A DNA stretch of 48,989 bases, from NCBI GenBank assembly GCA_016748015.1, contig JAAOMT010000284.1, forward strand, positions 1 to 48,989, given 5' to 3'. The DNA is from Geosiphon pyriformis uo1. Taxonomy: Eukaryota; Fungi; Glomeromycota. Shown piece by piece: positions 1-10,886 of the stretch. Every line of letters begins with the position of its first letter. Positions within the stretch are counted from its first letter, which is position 1. Under the pieces are notes generated by a model. It worked only from the letters and a program-made list of their open reading frames with translations. It was not told where the DNA came from and did no database searches. A program made the position numbers and the translations under genes.

Positions 1-2687
1 TGGCTTGTGATTTGGTGATAGGTTTCAACCTCATCTTCATAGTTGAATCCAGCAATTTCAAAAGTGTATGCAATGTATTCAGCTTCCTTCATTTGGTGGA
101 CATCTTCTTGTGTGGCTCCATTGATTAAAGCCATTGCTAGATCAAAGATCATTTCAGCATCATGAGGGTAGTGATAGAGCTTGTTGAGAGCACTGTTGTA
201 TGCTGCATCGAATGGAGTTCCTCTTCTGACTTTTTCCGAAATTGATAGGGCATATTGGCAGGTTTGGTCGCATACTCCCCCTCTCATGGATACATCGATC
301 CACTGGCATTCCTCTGGTAATAATTCTCCACAAGTGAGGCAAGGAGTGTTGTCCCATTTTCCACTTCGTTTTAGGCGGCCAAATTTTTCATTGTAACACG
401 CTTTACAGTAGTAATGGGTATGTTCTCCATATGGTTCTTCTGGGTGAATGCAAGCTCCCATGGATGAAAGCTTTTTGTTGCAATCCTTACATTTGAGTGG
501 GATGTGAGCTCTTCTTNNNNNNNNNNNNNNNNNNNNNNNNNNNNNNNNNNNNNNNNNNNNNNNNNNNNNNNNNNNNNNNNNNNNNNNNNNNNNNNNNNNN
601 NNNNNNNNNNNNNNNNNNNNNNNNNNNNNNNNNNNNNNNNNNNNNNNNNNNNNNNNNNNNNNNNNNNNNNNNNNNNNNNNNNNNNNNNNNNNNNNNNNNN
701 NNNNNNNNNNNNNNNNNNNNNNNNNNNNNNNNNNNNNNNNNNNNNNNNNNNNNNNNNNNNNNNNNNNNNNNNNNNNNNNNNNNNNNNNNNNNNNNNNNNN
801 NNNNNNNNNNNNNNNNNNNNNNNNNNNNNNNNNNNNNNNNNNNNNNNNNNNNNNNNNNNNNNNNNNNNNNNNNNNNNNNNNNNNNNNNNNNNNNNNNNNN
901 NNNNNNNNNNNNNNNNNNNNNNNNNNNNNNNNNNNNNNNNNNNNNNNNNNNNNNNNNNNNNNNNNNNNNNNNNNNNNNNNNNNNNNNNNNNNNNNNNNNN
1001 NNNNNNNNNNNNNNNNNNNNNNNNNNNNNNNNNNNNNNNNNNNNNNNNNNNNNNNNNNNNNNNNNNNNNNNNNNNNNNNNNNNNNNNNNNNNNNNNNNNN
1101 NNNNNNNNNNNNNNNNNNNNNNNNNNNNNNNNNNNNNNNNNNNNNNNNNNNNNNNNNNNNNNNNNNNNNNNNNNNNNNNNNNNNNNNNNNNNNNNNNNNN
1201 NNNNNNNNCCTACAATCTCGTTTCCAATGTCCTGGGATTCCACAATAGTGGCAATTCTGGGGTTGACCAATGGGTGCTGATGAGAAGTTTCCTTGGTTCC
1301 GTCGTTGGGGTGGTTGATATCTTTGCGGTTGTTGCTGCGGTTGTTGTTGATTGGTGAAGTAGTTTTCAACTTTCTTGGTAAGCTGGTCAATTTTCTCTTC
1401 AGCTGCTGAGCTGGTTTCACCAATGGCAAGGTTAACAAGCTTTGTGCGGTTAGCTTCTTCCATAGCCATTTCGTAATTTTTCGCATGGCGAATGGCAGTA
1501 GCTAAATCTTCTGGGTTGTGTGGGCGAACTTTCTTGATCAGTTTGTCCTTTAGTCCAGCAATAAATTGATCCAAAATCTGAGCGTTGGAGTAATATTCAT
1601 CAGTTTCCAATTGGCGAATTCTTCTGAGTAGTTTGTTGAACTTTCCAAGGTAGGTCATGACTAATTCTGATGGATCTTGCTTAATGTTTCGGAATCGGTT
1701 TCGGAGTGTGATAGAGGTGTTGTTGTCGGTGAACTGTTGAAGAAAAGCATCTTTGAATGCTTGCCAGTTTTCAAATGGTCCTTCCAAATTTTTGAACCAT
1801 TCTCCGGCCGTTCCTTGGAGAAAGTAAGGAATTGCTTTGAGCATTCTGGCTGCATTCCATCCATTCGCATCTCCTGCTTTCGAAACTTTGTCAAGCCATT
1901 CTTGAGGACTGGTATCGCTATCTTCACCAGTAAATTCGGGAATTTTTGCAATATAAGCGGTTGCCATTTCTTCGTTTTCAAGGTCTTCTGGTTCTTCCTG
2001 TTCTGATTCAGTTCTTTCGCTTTCTAGGTTCTCAGAATGATTACTTTGATTCTCTTGTAAGTAATCAAGAAGGTTGGTGCTAGTTGATATTGGTTCCTGC
2101 TGTTGAGTAGGATTCTTTGGTGACTGAAAATCTTCTATTCTTGAGAACCGGACAAGTGGTGAATCTGGTGTCTGTGGTTGAGCAAGTGAAGCAGGAAATG
2201 GTGTAAGGGATAGTGGTAGTTTGATATTGGTTCTTTGCTCTGGTGTTTGTAGATGTTTGGCAGTTATCTTTGGAGTTTTTGGAGTATTGGGGGTGGTGCT
2301 GAAAAGTTGTTTCTGTTTCTGTTTGCCTTTATTGCTTGTTTCTGTCTCTGATTCGAAACCTAGAGAAAATTGTTGTGGGACTGGGTATTTTTCTTCACAG
2401 TATTGGATGATATTGAAATCAAGTTCTTGAAAGTAGGTGGCAATTGTTTTACTGTTGAGCTCCTCAGTATTTAGACGAGAATAGTGTAGTAAGTTGTTGT
2501 AGAGATTGCTTTTGACTTCAGTAATGTTGTAGTCTCCAAATAGGTAGTTGTTGAATCGGTTTTCGATGTATTGGTATAATGATTTCTTAAATGCCTCAAT
2601 TCCGTCTTGGATGTTGAATCTTTGCTTGCAGTGAGTGTAAATCAACTGGTAGTACTCTAGAGTTGTTATGTCTGAAGCAGACGCCAC
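1..2687 (-). CDS. gag-pol: Gag-Pol polyprotein of element A (partial; spans the assembly gap; runs off the window)
   Basis: Manual translation of 2687->1209 has no stop: VASASDITTLEYYQLIYTHCKQRF..., capsid from ATG 1967 (MATAYIAKIPEFTGE...WNAARMLKAIPYFLQG...LDQFIAGL), knuckle CHYCGIPGHWKRDC. Bases 516->1 encode the Cys-rich domain (MGACIHPEE...CLTCGELL...CDQTCQYAL). It is probably missing from the ORF track because no stop occurs inside the window. Confidence 0.85.
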   Translation of the reverse strand, partial: MASASDITTLEYYQLIYTHCKQRFNIQDGIEAFKKSLYQYIENRFNNYLFGDYNITEVKSNLYNNLLHYSRLNTEELNSKTIATYFQELDFNIIQYCEEKYPVPQQFSLGFESETETSNKGKQKQKQLFSTTPNTPKTPKITAKHLQTPEQRTNIKLPLSLTPFPASLAQPQTPDSPLVRFSRIEDFQSPKNPTQQQEPISTSTNLLDYLQENQSNHSENLESERTESEQEEPEDLENEEMATAYIAKIPEFTGEDSDTSPQEWLDKVSKAGDANGWNAARMLKAIPYFLQGTAGEWFKNLEGPFENWQAFKDAFLQQFTDNNTSITLRNRFRNIKQDPSELVMTYLGKFNKLLRRIRQLETDEYYSNAQILDQFIAGLKDKLIKKVRPHNPEDLATAIRHAKNYEMAMEEANRTKLVNLAIGETSSAAEEKIDQLTKKVENYFTNQQQPQQQPQRYQPPQRRNQGNFSSAPIGQPQNCHYCGIPGHWKRDCRXXXXXXXXXXXXXXXXXXXXXXXXXXXXXXXXXXXXXXXXXXXXXXXXXXXXXXXXXXXXXXXXXXXXXXXXXXXXXXXXXXXXXXXXXXXXXXXXXXXXXXXXXXXXXXXXXXXXXXXXXXXXXXXXXXXXXXXXXXXXXXXXXXXXXXXXXXXXXXXXXXXXXXXXXXXXXXXXXXXXXXXXXXXXXXXXXXXXXXXXXXXXXXXXXXXXXXXXXXXXXXXXXXXXXXXRRAHIPLKCKDCNKKLSSMGACIHPEEPYGEHTHYYCKACYNEKFGRLKRSGKWDNTPCLTCGELLPEECQWIDVSMRGGVCDQTCQYALSISEKVRRGTPFDAAYNSALNKLYHYPHDAEMIFDLAMALINGATQEDVHQMKEAEYIAYTFEIAGFNYEDEVETYHQITS
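517..1208. other. Assembly gap (692 N)
   Basis: Run of N. The equivalent interval in D (~41820-42985) is ~1.15 kb, so the gap is probably under-sized and hides the protease. Confidence 0.97.
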
Positions 2688-2712
2688 TTTGAAGTTGTTG
2701 TTGCTGTGTTGT

Positions 2713-2730
2713 TTCCGTGGGGGAGCACCA
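2713..2730 (-). promoter_or_regulatory. Primer-binding site of A (TGGTGCTCCCCCACGGAA)
   Basis: Begins with TGG 2 nt after the LTR end; complementary to a tRNA 3' end ...GAGCACCA; conserved in B and D. Confidence 0.85.
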
Positions 2731-3342
2731 AATGTTACCGGAGGTTTTTGGTCTCTTTTCTTGAAGGTTTTGATGTTGTTTTGCTGTTTTATTCACGACT
2801 AGAGGAAGTAGTTGAACCTTCGATAACTGAATTTATCTTCAAATTATCTCCTTGATTTGAACCGCTGGGCTTATAAGTGGAATGGCCAATTCCGTGCCAG
2901 TTACTTTATGTAGTTACGTTGTAGTAAACGTCAACTCTTTCCCAGGAATTGCTCGTCTGGAAGCTCACTAAAAATGTGTAGTTACTTTGCTGTGAAAGTC
3001 AACTCTTCTACAGGAATCTCGTCTGTAGGCTACCCAAATGATTATGATAAGAAAAGAAAGAGGAAAAATAACAGAAACGTAAAGAAATAGAATTTTGTCA
3101 AGGAAACGTTTTCTATCCAGGCCTGGAGTCACTAACAGATTACTGAAATTGGTAGCTAATCAATTTCAAAATGTTAGTTGTGTTGAGAGAATTTCAAGTG
3201 TAATAATCAAAGGATTTGGTTTTCGAATATTTAATTTTTATTTGAGATATGTAAAAAGTGATTTGTTCTAATTAAGATACCTAAAGTAAGATACTATGGT
3301 AAGATATTAGAAGATACATTTTCTTGAAGAGAGAAGCTCTTC

Positions 3343-3349
3343 TTTTATA
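3343..3349 (-). promoter_or_regulatory. Putative LTR TATA box (TATAAAA)
   Basis: TATAAAAGAAGAG is conserved in all four LTRs of this family, downstream of the U3 repeats and upstream of an AATAAA (~3240). Confidence 0.6.
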
Positions 3350-3394
3350 CAACTTGTTGTAGTACTAGTCTTTGAACTTGCATTTTTTCTCTTT

Positions 3395-3500
3395 TCTAGA
3401 ATTTCGGTGAACTAAAGATACATTTCGGCGAACTACAAGTTATTTCGCTGAACTATGAATTATTTCGGCCAATTTTCATTAATTTCGGCGAATTTTGGCT
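3395..3500. repeat. U3 tandem repeats (ATTTCGGCGAA core, ~20-21 bp period, ~5 copies)
   Basis: ATTTCGGTGAA, ATTTCGGCGAA, ATTTCGCTGAA, ATTTCGGCCAA and ATTTCGGCGAA in series; degraded versions occur in the B and D LTRs. Confidence 0.75.
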
Positions 3501-3797
3501 ATGTTATATGGTTCAGGGTATTGTGTAAATTGATCATCTCAATTTCTATGGTCCAAATCGGGTTATTGATTAAATGATGATAATTGCTAATTTGATTAAA
3601 TAATAAGTGAAATTCGAAATGATAATAATATATGCTAATTAATGATAGGAATTATAAAGGAAATTTCATGCTAATTAATAGCTAAAATTCTACTGGTAAC
3701 AATGGGTTTTTAAGTTATTTTTGTTTTTTTTTTTTTGTTTTTTTTTTTTTGTGAGATTGTTTCTAAATTATAAGAAGATAACTATAATAAATTTAAA

Positions 3798-5183
3798 TTA
3801 AGTGTTCAAGTTAGGAGGTTGTTCAATGACAACTATTGGTTCTAAATTCCAGGAAATATCTTCGGGATTGATTAAAGGGGAATGTGTGCCAATTTGTGGA
3901 ATTAATGGTTCAGAATTGTTTCTGGAATTATAGTGTTTCAAAAGATTTCCATATGCAACTTTTGCTAGAATTTTGTCATTAAGTCTTAGCTTGTATGATC
4001 CGTTGCCTAGAATTTCATGGATAAAGAATGATCTATCCCATTTATTTTCAAATTTTCCACTCCATTGTTTTTCAGCTTTAGTTCTGTGTAAGAGAACTTT
4101 ATTTCCAACTTTAAATTTGTTGGTAATAGGTGGTAATTTGTTGTTATGTCTTTTTTTTTGTTAAGCTTGAGAATATTCAATATGAGTTGCTGCTATTTAT
4201 TGTTTTTCTTCCAATGTGCTAAGCAGAGTGTAGATTTTTCATTGTAGTGTTTCCTGAAAATTGTTTTTATCAATTGGTTGTGCTGGATATGTTTCCACTG
4301 TGAAACTAATTGGTAATATTGCTGTCCTTCCATAAGTTAAATCAAATGGTGTGTGTTTTGTGGTATCTTGTTTTAGTGTTCTATATGCTAGTAACACTAA
4401 TAGAATAAAGATATTCCACTCTTGCTCAAAATTGGTTGAGACTTTGGCTAATAACTCACACAATGTTCTGTTAAAATGTTCCACAAGTCTGTTTGTTTGT
4501 GGATGGTAAGACAAAGACAGAGGTCTTTTGACATTGAATCGTTCACAAATTTTTTGTATCAGGTTGTTCACAAAGTGTGTTTCCTGATCGGATAAAAGTT
4601 CAATTGGACATCTATGTCTATAAATGATGTCTTTATAGATGAAATTTGCTACTGATTTTGTATCTGCTTGTTGAATGGCTCTGGCTTCGGGCCATTTAGT
4701 AAGATAGTCTACAGCTACTGCAATATAATGGTTTCCTTAAGTGGTAATAGATAGTGGTCTGACTAAATTGATACCAACTCAGTCAAAGAGTTGTCCAACT
4801 TTGATTGGATTTAATGGTTCAGTAGGACGTGTTCCTCCTCTTTTTTGACAACTATCACAAGATTTGACATATTTGTGAATGTTTTTTCTCATTCAAGGCC
4901 AAAAGTAGTATTTTAGTGTTCTTTGGGTGGTGCTGTCTTTTCCGGAGTGTGCTGATAAAAGATCTGAGTGCATGTTGTATAATATAGTTTCTTTTTCTTG
5001 TTCTTGTATTAATCTGAGTGGTTTGTCTGGGTTTTTGAAATTTCAATGATAAATAATGTTGTTGTGTAGAAAATATTGTTTGGCTTGTTGTTGTAGTCAA
5101 TGTTTTTTATCTGGAGACCAATCTGTTGGGATTGTTAATGTTTCCAAATATTGTTTGAGATTGTTGTAGTTTTTCAAATTCAT
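3798..5183 (-). pseudogene. Integrase of B (separate ORF; zinc-binding, DDE core and GPY/F regions)
   Basis: ATG at 5183 (MNLKNYNNLKQYLET...), H...H/CDSC zinc motif, DYLTKWPEA, YHPQTNRLVEHFN; stop at 3798; several stops and frameshifts. Confidence 0.88.
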
Positions 5184-5234
5184 TGTTTGTTGGCTGTTTT
5201 GGTTGGTTAAGTTGAGTGTTGGTTTTTGTGTTTT

Positions 5235-8200
5235 CTAATCTTGTTTCATTCTGGAGAGACAGTCAACATTGGTGTGAAGTTTTTCTGGTTTGTGATGTAC
5301 TATGTATCAATAGTTTGCTAGAAATCCTGTCCATCAGGTTTGTTTTGCATTCAGCTGAGTATTTTTGTTCTGAAGCCATTTGAGTCCAATATTATCAGTG
5401 ATAATATTGAATTCCTTTGGCCAGAGATAAAGGTTGAAATGATATAGAGCCCAAATTACAGCTGCTGTTTTCAATTCAGTGGCAGGATAATTTTTTTCAG
5501 CTGGTTTTAATGTTCTACTAGCATAGACAATTACTTGCTCATTTCTATTGTCATCCAATTGTGATAGGATAGCACCAAAGACAGTATAAGAAGCATTTTT
5601 TGCTAATCAGAATTGGTTGCTGAAATCTGGGTAGGCGAGAATTAGAACTGTCGTTAGTTTTTCTTTGAGGATTTTAAATGCATTTTGGCATTCAGCAGTC
5701 CATTTGTATTCGACGTTTTTGGTGGTAAGCTGGTTGAGAGGTTTTGCAATTTCTGAAAATCCTTTGATAAACTTTTGATAGTAGAAAGCTAACCCTATAA
5801 ATCCTCTTAGTTCTGTAGTGTTTCGAGAAATTTTGAAATTTTTGACAGCACTGATTTTTCCAGAGTCCAGTTTGATTCTATTTTTACTAACAATATGACC
5901 AAAGAAAGCCAAGCTTGTTTTTCCAAAGTAGCATTTTTTGATGTTGAGTTTTAGTTCTGCTTTTTGTAATCATTGAAAAACTTCTCGCAGGTGTTTTAAG
6001 TGTAATTTGAACAATAGAGAATAAACATCAGTATCGTCAAGATAAATGACTATTGACTTCCAAAGAAGTTCTTGGTACACAACATCCATTAATCTCTGAA
6101 ACATTGCTGGTGCATTGCATAATCCAAAAGGCATTACATTGAACTCGTAATTTTCGCCTTGGGTGGTGAATGCTGTTTTGGAGTGATCTTTGGGATCCAT
6201 AGCAACTTGCCAGTAACCACTTTCTAAATCTAGTGTTGAAAAGTATTTGGATTTTTCAAGGGCATCTAACATGTCATCAATTCGGGGAAGGGAGTAGGCA
6301 TCTCCCATTATAATGCTGTTGAGTTGTCAATAGTTAACAAAAAATTGTATCTTTCCATTTTTCTTTTTAACTAGCATTACAGGTAAAGCCCAAGGACTCA
6401 TGAAGGGTTGGATGAGCCTGTTGTTAAGCATTCATTGTATCTCTTCTTGGATAAATTGGTGGCTTTCTGGAGCAACTTGATATGCTTGTTGTCTTCTTGG
6501 TTTGGCATCTCCTGTATAAATTTGGTGTTGGACCAAATTGGTTCTTTCTAAGTCATTGTTGTTTTCAGCAAAGATATTGGTAAATTCTGCAATTAGCTCT
6601 TTGAGCTGGCTCCATTGTTGTGGTTCAAGTTGTCCCATGTTGATTCGAAATAATTTTTCCATAATAACATGGTAGTTTTCAGAGCTAGGGTTTGGGTTGA
6701 TTTTTGGTAGTGAATGTCCAATGATTTCCGAGAAATTGGGAACTGTTTGTGGTAATTCTTGTTGAAATATATTACTGTGAATAACTCCAATTTCTAAATT
6801 ATTTAATAAAACTATGGGGTAATTGTTGGGATTGTAAAAAGTAACTCAAACTTTCTTTGTTCCTTCTGGAATATAAATGTTTGGGATCGAAATATTATGT
6901 TCCAAGCAGACTTGTTTATTGGATTCAAAAATTTGTTGTGTGGTTGTTGGCTTTGGGCAGGTGTAGATTTCCAGATGTTCTCCAAAGAGTGAGATGGTAA
7001 TTGGTTGTGGAAGTCTGAGAATCTGGTGGGATTTGTTCTGTGTGTTAAGAGCTATATTAACTGGAACTGTGAATTGTCTAGTTGAACCAAAACCTTGGGT
7101 TCCTCTATCACTTTTTCCTAATTGTTCTCTTTGATTGACTAGTTGCAAACCCGAAATGTTGATTAGGGGTAGGTAAATAGCTTGGGCAATTTTTTCAGCA
7201 TGTTCAATCTTGAATGATTTGTCAGTTTCATTTTGAAGCATTACTGTAATGTCTCCAGTATATCCAGCATCAATTATTCCTCCTCTGACATTGATTCCTT
7301 TGCTTGCCAGAGAGGACCGGGAGGCAATTTGAACCATTGCTCCTGGCAAGATTTTGAGTGCAATTTTGAGGTTGATTTTTGTGAGAGATTTGGGTTTGAG
7401 AACAAGAGTATTCTTGTCTGGATATCTTAGGTCATATCCAGCATTAATTTCGTGTGCTTTTTTGGGTTTTATTCCTTGTCTGTTGTTGTTGAAGTATTTG
7501 AGTTGTAAGACAGACTGATTTTTGATAAGGTAGATGGGTGTTGTTTTAATTTCTTCTGTTGCTTTAGGTTCTCCAAATTCAATTTCGTTCTCATCATTTT
7601 CACTGGACAGGGGAATGTTAATAGCATAGTATTCAGGGCACCATTGCTCATCGCAGGGCATTATGCATTCTTCACACAATTTAACATTCATTTGCTCTAG
7701 CCATTGAGCTTGAGCTTCTTTGGTCGGGTAAGTGTGACTGGCAATTTGGTGATATACTTCTACTTCATCTTCATAGTTGTATCCAGCGATTTCAAAGATG
7801 TATGCAATGTATTCTGATTCTTTCATTTGACAAACATTTTTTTGAGTGGTTCCGCTGATTAAAGCCATTGCTAAGTTAAAAATCATTTCGGCATCATGAG
7901 GATAATGGTACAGTTTGTTGAGAGCACTGTTGTATGCTGCATTAAAGGGTGTTTCTCTTTTTACTTTTTCTGAAATTGATAAAGCATATTGGCAAGTCTG
8001 ATCGCAGACTCCTCTTCTCATTGCTACATCAATCCAATTGCATTCTTTCAATAGCATATTTCCACAAGTCAAACAAGAAGTGTTGTCCTATTTTCTGCTT
8101 CTTTTTATTAGATAGCCCCATCATTCTCTATGGCAAGCCTTGCAGTAATAACAAGTATGATTTTCATATTCTTCTTCAGGTGAAATGCAGGCTTCCATTG

Positions 8201-10841
8201 AGGAGAGTTTCTTGTGGCAGTCCTTGCATTTGAGTGGAATGTAGGGGCATTGTTTTTATGGTTCTGGTTTTGAATAGGGGACATTCCATCCGATTGTTAC
8301 TGGTTCTTTTGTTTCAAGAGAATCATTTGTTGAAAAGTATTGTTGTTCAGTTTCATCAGCCCAATTGGAGATTGATCCAAGTGCCATAAACGTTTCAATG
8401 ATGGGTTTTTTCTCTTCTGGTTTGAATTCAAAAGCTGGGGCTTTTTCAGAGCGTTTGTTGAATGTACCACAAGTAGTGGGTACTCGGGTATATTGTCTTT
8501 GATAGGAGAGTTGTAATTCTTGAGTTTTTCAGTCTAATTTTGCATTGGCTTTTTGGAGCCAATTATTTCCAACAAGGGCTTAATACTGAGGTGCATCTAT
8601 TACAAGAACTTTGACTGGAATGGTGATTTCATCCAGAGTAAATGAAAAATTGTCAATTTTTCTTACTGGGTTCATTTTTATGCTATTGGCAGTAATGATT
8701 ACTGTTTGAGCTGGTTGGTCGACATTTCTCTTCAACTGTTGCATTAACTGGTAAGTGATAATGCTTCTGGTAGATCCACTGTCTAGGATCAAGCGAATTG
8801 TCTTTCTTTCAACTTCTGCTTTAGTGTACATAGCTATGATTGCTTTTTGTTTGTTGGCGGCTATATTGCTAAGCAGGAATGGTGACTCATTTGCTTTGAA
8901 CTCAAAAGGAAATATATCTGAAAGGTTGGCATTTTCAGTAATTCTGGCTGGTGGAATTGTGGTAGGAGTATAGGAAAGGTTTTGTTGTTGTACTGCAGCT
9001 CTACCTTCTGAGAGTGCAGTATGGTGAAAATCCTGTTCTTCTGGCATTGTTAGATAACTGGGTTGAGTGTGATAGTGGTTGGATCTTGGTTGAGTGGAAT
9101 TTTGGGGAACCAATTGGTTATTTGAACTGATTCTGTTGTTGTTTACTTGGTATTGGTTTTGTGGTGTGAATTGATTTTGTGTAATCAGTCTTCAAGCAGG
9201 TACTTGATAATGTTGTGTGGGTGGTTGTTGGTATTGCTGTTGGATTGGCTGTGGAGCAGGCTGATAATAGTTATTTTGGTATTAGGGTCTTGGTGGATAG
9301 TAAGCTGGTAGTGGTGGTTGATAATAAGATTGCTGTGGTAGAGGGTAATATTGATTACTCCTATTTTGTTGGTCTTGTTGTAGCTTTCTGCAATCTCTTT
9401 TTCAGTGGCCAGAGATTCTACAGTAATGGCAATTCTGAGGCTGGTTATTAGAAAGTGGTGTAAAGTTATTTTGATTTCGTCTTTGGGGTGGTTGATATTT
9501 TTGGGGTTGCTGTTGTTGTTGATTAGTGAAATAGTTTTCAACCTTCTTTGTGAGTTGGTCAATTTTTTTCTCAGCTGCTGAGCTGGTTTTTTCAATTGCC
9601 AAATTTACAAGTTTTGTGCAATTGGCCTCTTCCATGGCCATTTCATATCTTTTTGCATGCTGTATGGCAGAGTTTAAATCTTCTGGCACATGTGGGCAAA
9701 CCTTTTTAATTAGTTTATTTTTTAGACTAGCAATAAATTGATCCAAGATTTAAGCATCAGAATAATAATCATTTGTTTCGAGTTGGTAAATTTGTCTGAG
9801 AAGTTTGTTGAATTTCCCAATATAAGTCATAACAGATTCGGAGGATTCTTATTTAATATTGTGAAACCGATTTCGAAAGGTGATGGAGGTATTATTGTCA
9901 GTGAACTGTTCAAAGAAGGCTGCTTTAAAAACATCCCAATTATTGAATAGAGTGGCCAAGTTTTCAAACCATTCTCCTGCTGTTTCTTTAAAAAAGTAGA
10001 GAATTGTTCTTAACATTCTGGCAGCATTCTATCCATTTGCATCTTCAGCTTTAGTAACTTGGTCAAGCCATTCTTGAGGACTGGTCTTAATGTCTTCTCT
10101 ATTAAATTCAGGGATTTTTGTAATGTATGCTGTCATTTCATTTTCTTTAGTTATTTCAGAGTCATTTTCTTTGTTTGCTGCTGTCTCAGAGTGTTCATTT
10201 TGATTTTCAGCTAGAAAATCAAGAAAATTGGAACTAGTTTGAAAAGGTTCTTGCTGTCTAGTGGGACTTCTGAGTGATGTAAAATCTTCTGGTCTTGCAA
10301 ATTGATTCAAGGGTGAATTAGGTGTTTGTGTTTGTACAAGTAAAGCTGGAAAAGGTGTGATAGTGAGTGGAAGTTTTGAACTGGTTCTTTGTTCAGGTGT
10401 TTGTAAGTGTTTGGCAGTTGTTTTTGGTAGTATTGGGGTATTTGGGGTGGTTTTTGAGTATTGCTTCAATTTTTGTTTGTCTTTGTTGCTTGTTTCTGTC
10501 TCTAATTCAAAATCAATGGAGTATTGAGACTGCACTAGATATGTTTTTTCACAGTACTTGATAATGTTAAAATTTAGTTCTTGAAAGTAAGTGGCAAGTG
10601 TTTTACTGTTAAGGTCTTCAGTTTTCAACTGTGAATAGTGTGCTAAATTGTTGTAAAAATTGCTTCTAACTTCTGAAATATTGTAATTTCTAAAAAAATA
10701 ATTGTTGATACAGTTTTCAATGTATTGGTATACTGATTTCTTGACAACTTCAATTCCATCTGAAATGTTGAATCTTTGCTTGCAGTGGGTGTAAATTGAT
10801 TGGTAATACTTTAGAGTTGTTGCGTCTAGTGTGGTCGCCAC
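5235..10841 (-). pseudogene. gag-pol: gag-pol of B (extension, CA, CCHC, PR, Cys-rich, dUTPase, RT, RNase H)
   Basis: ORF fragments 10029-10841, 9402-9746, 8580-9113, 6846-8072, 5970-6308, 5607-5912 and 5334-5558 carry the expected motifs; ends HTNVDCLSRMKQD*. Confidence 0.9.
7080..7500 (-). CDS. dut: dUTPase domain of B (within the 6846-8072 open frame)
   Basis: All five trimeric dUTPase motifs: AGYDL, QIASRSSLASKG, GGIIDAGYTG, EKIAQAI, RGTQGFGST. Confidence 0.92.
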
Positions 10842-10866
10842 TTTGAAATCGTTTTTGCTGTGTTGT

Positions 10867-10884
10867 TTCTGTGGGAGAGCACCA
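10867..10884 (-). promoter_or_regulatory. PBS of B (TGGTGCTCTCCCACAGAA)
   Basis: Same position and near-identical sequence to the PBS of A. Confidence 0.8.
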
Positions 10885-10886
10885 AA

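Larger units (their letters stand above)
1..3701 (-). mobile_element. Ty3/Gypsy LTR retrotransposon A (5' part; continues off the window), inserted in element B downstream of its integrase
   Basis: Has a 5' LTR (2733-3701, TG..CA), PBS, gag with CCHC knuckle and a Cys-rich pol segment, collinear with B and D. The right flank at 3702 (ATGG...) is the post-integrase spacer of B. Confidence 0.9.
2733..3701 (-). repeat. 5' LTR of element A (969 bp)
   Basis: Termini TGTTACC...GGTAACA; homologous to 10887-11875, 35574-36545 and 44506-45477. Confidence 0.92.

Noticed and set aside
371-1486. Long ORFs 371-1486, 497-1357 and 504-1280
   Set aside because: They are artefacts of the N run. The real gag-pol is in another frame, and its phase match across the gap is uninformative.
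2596-2796. Short overlapping ORF MNKTAK...GNIWCSPTE (also 44387-44569)
   Set aside because: It is an alternative frame over the conserved LTR end, PBS and Gag extension; it starts with GTG and is disrupted in B.
6846-8072. Stand-alone host or endobacterial dut gene
   Set aside because: It is embedded in frame in pol at the same position in B, C and D.
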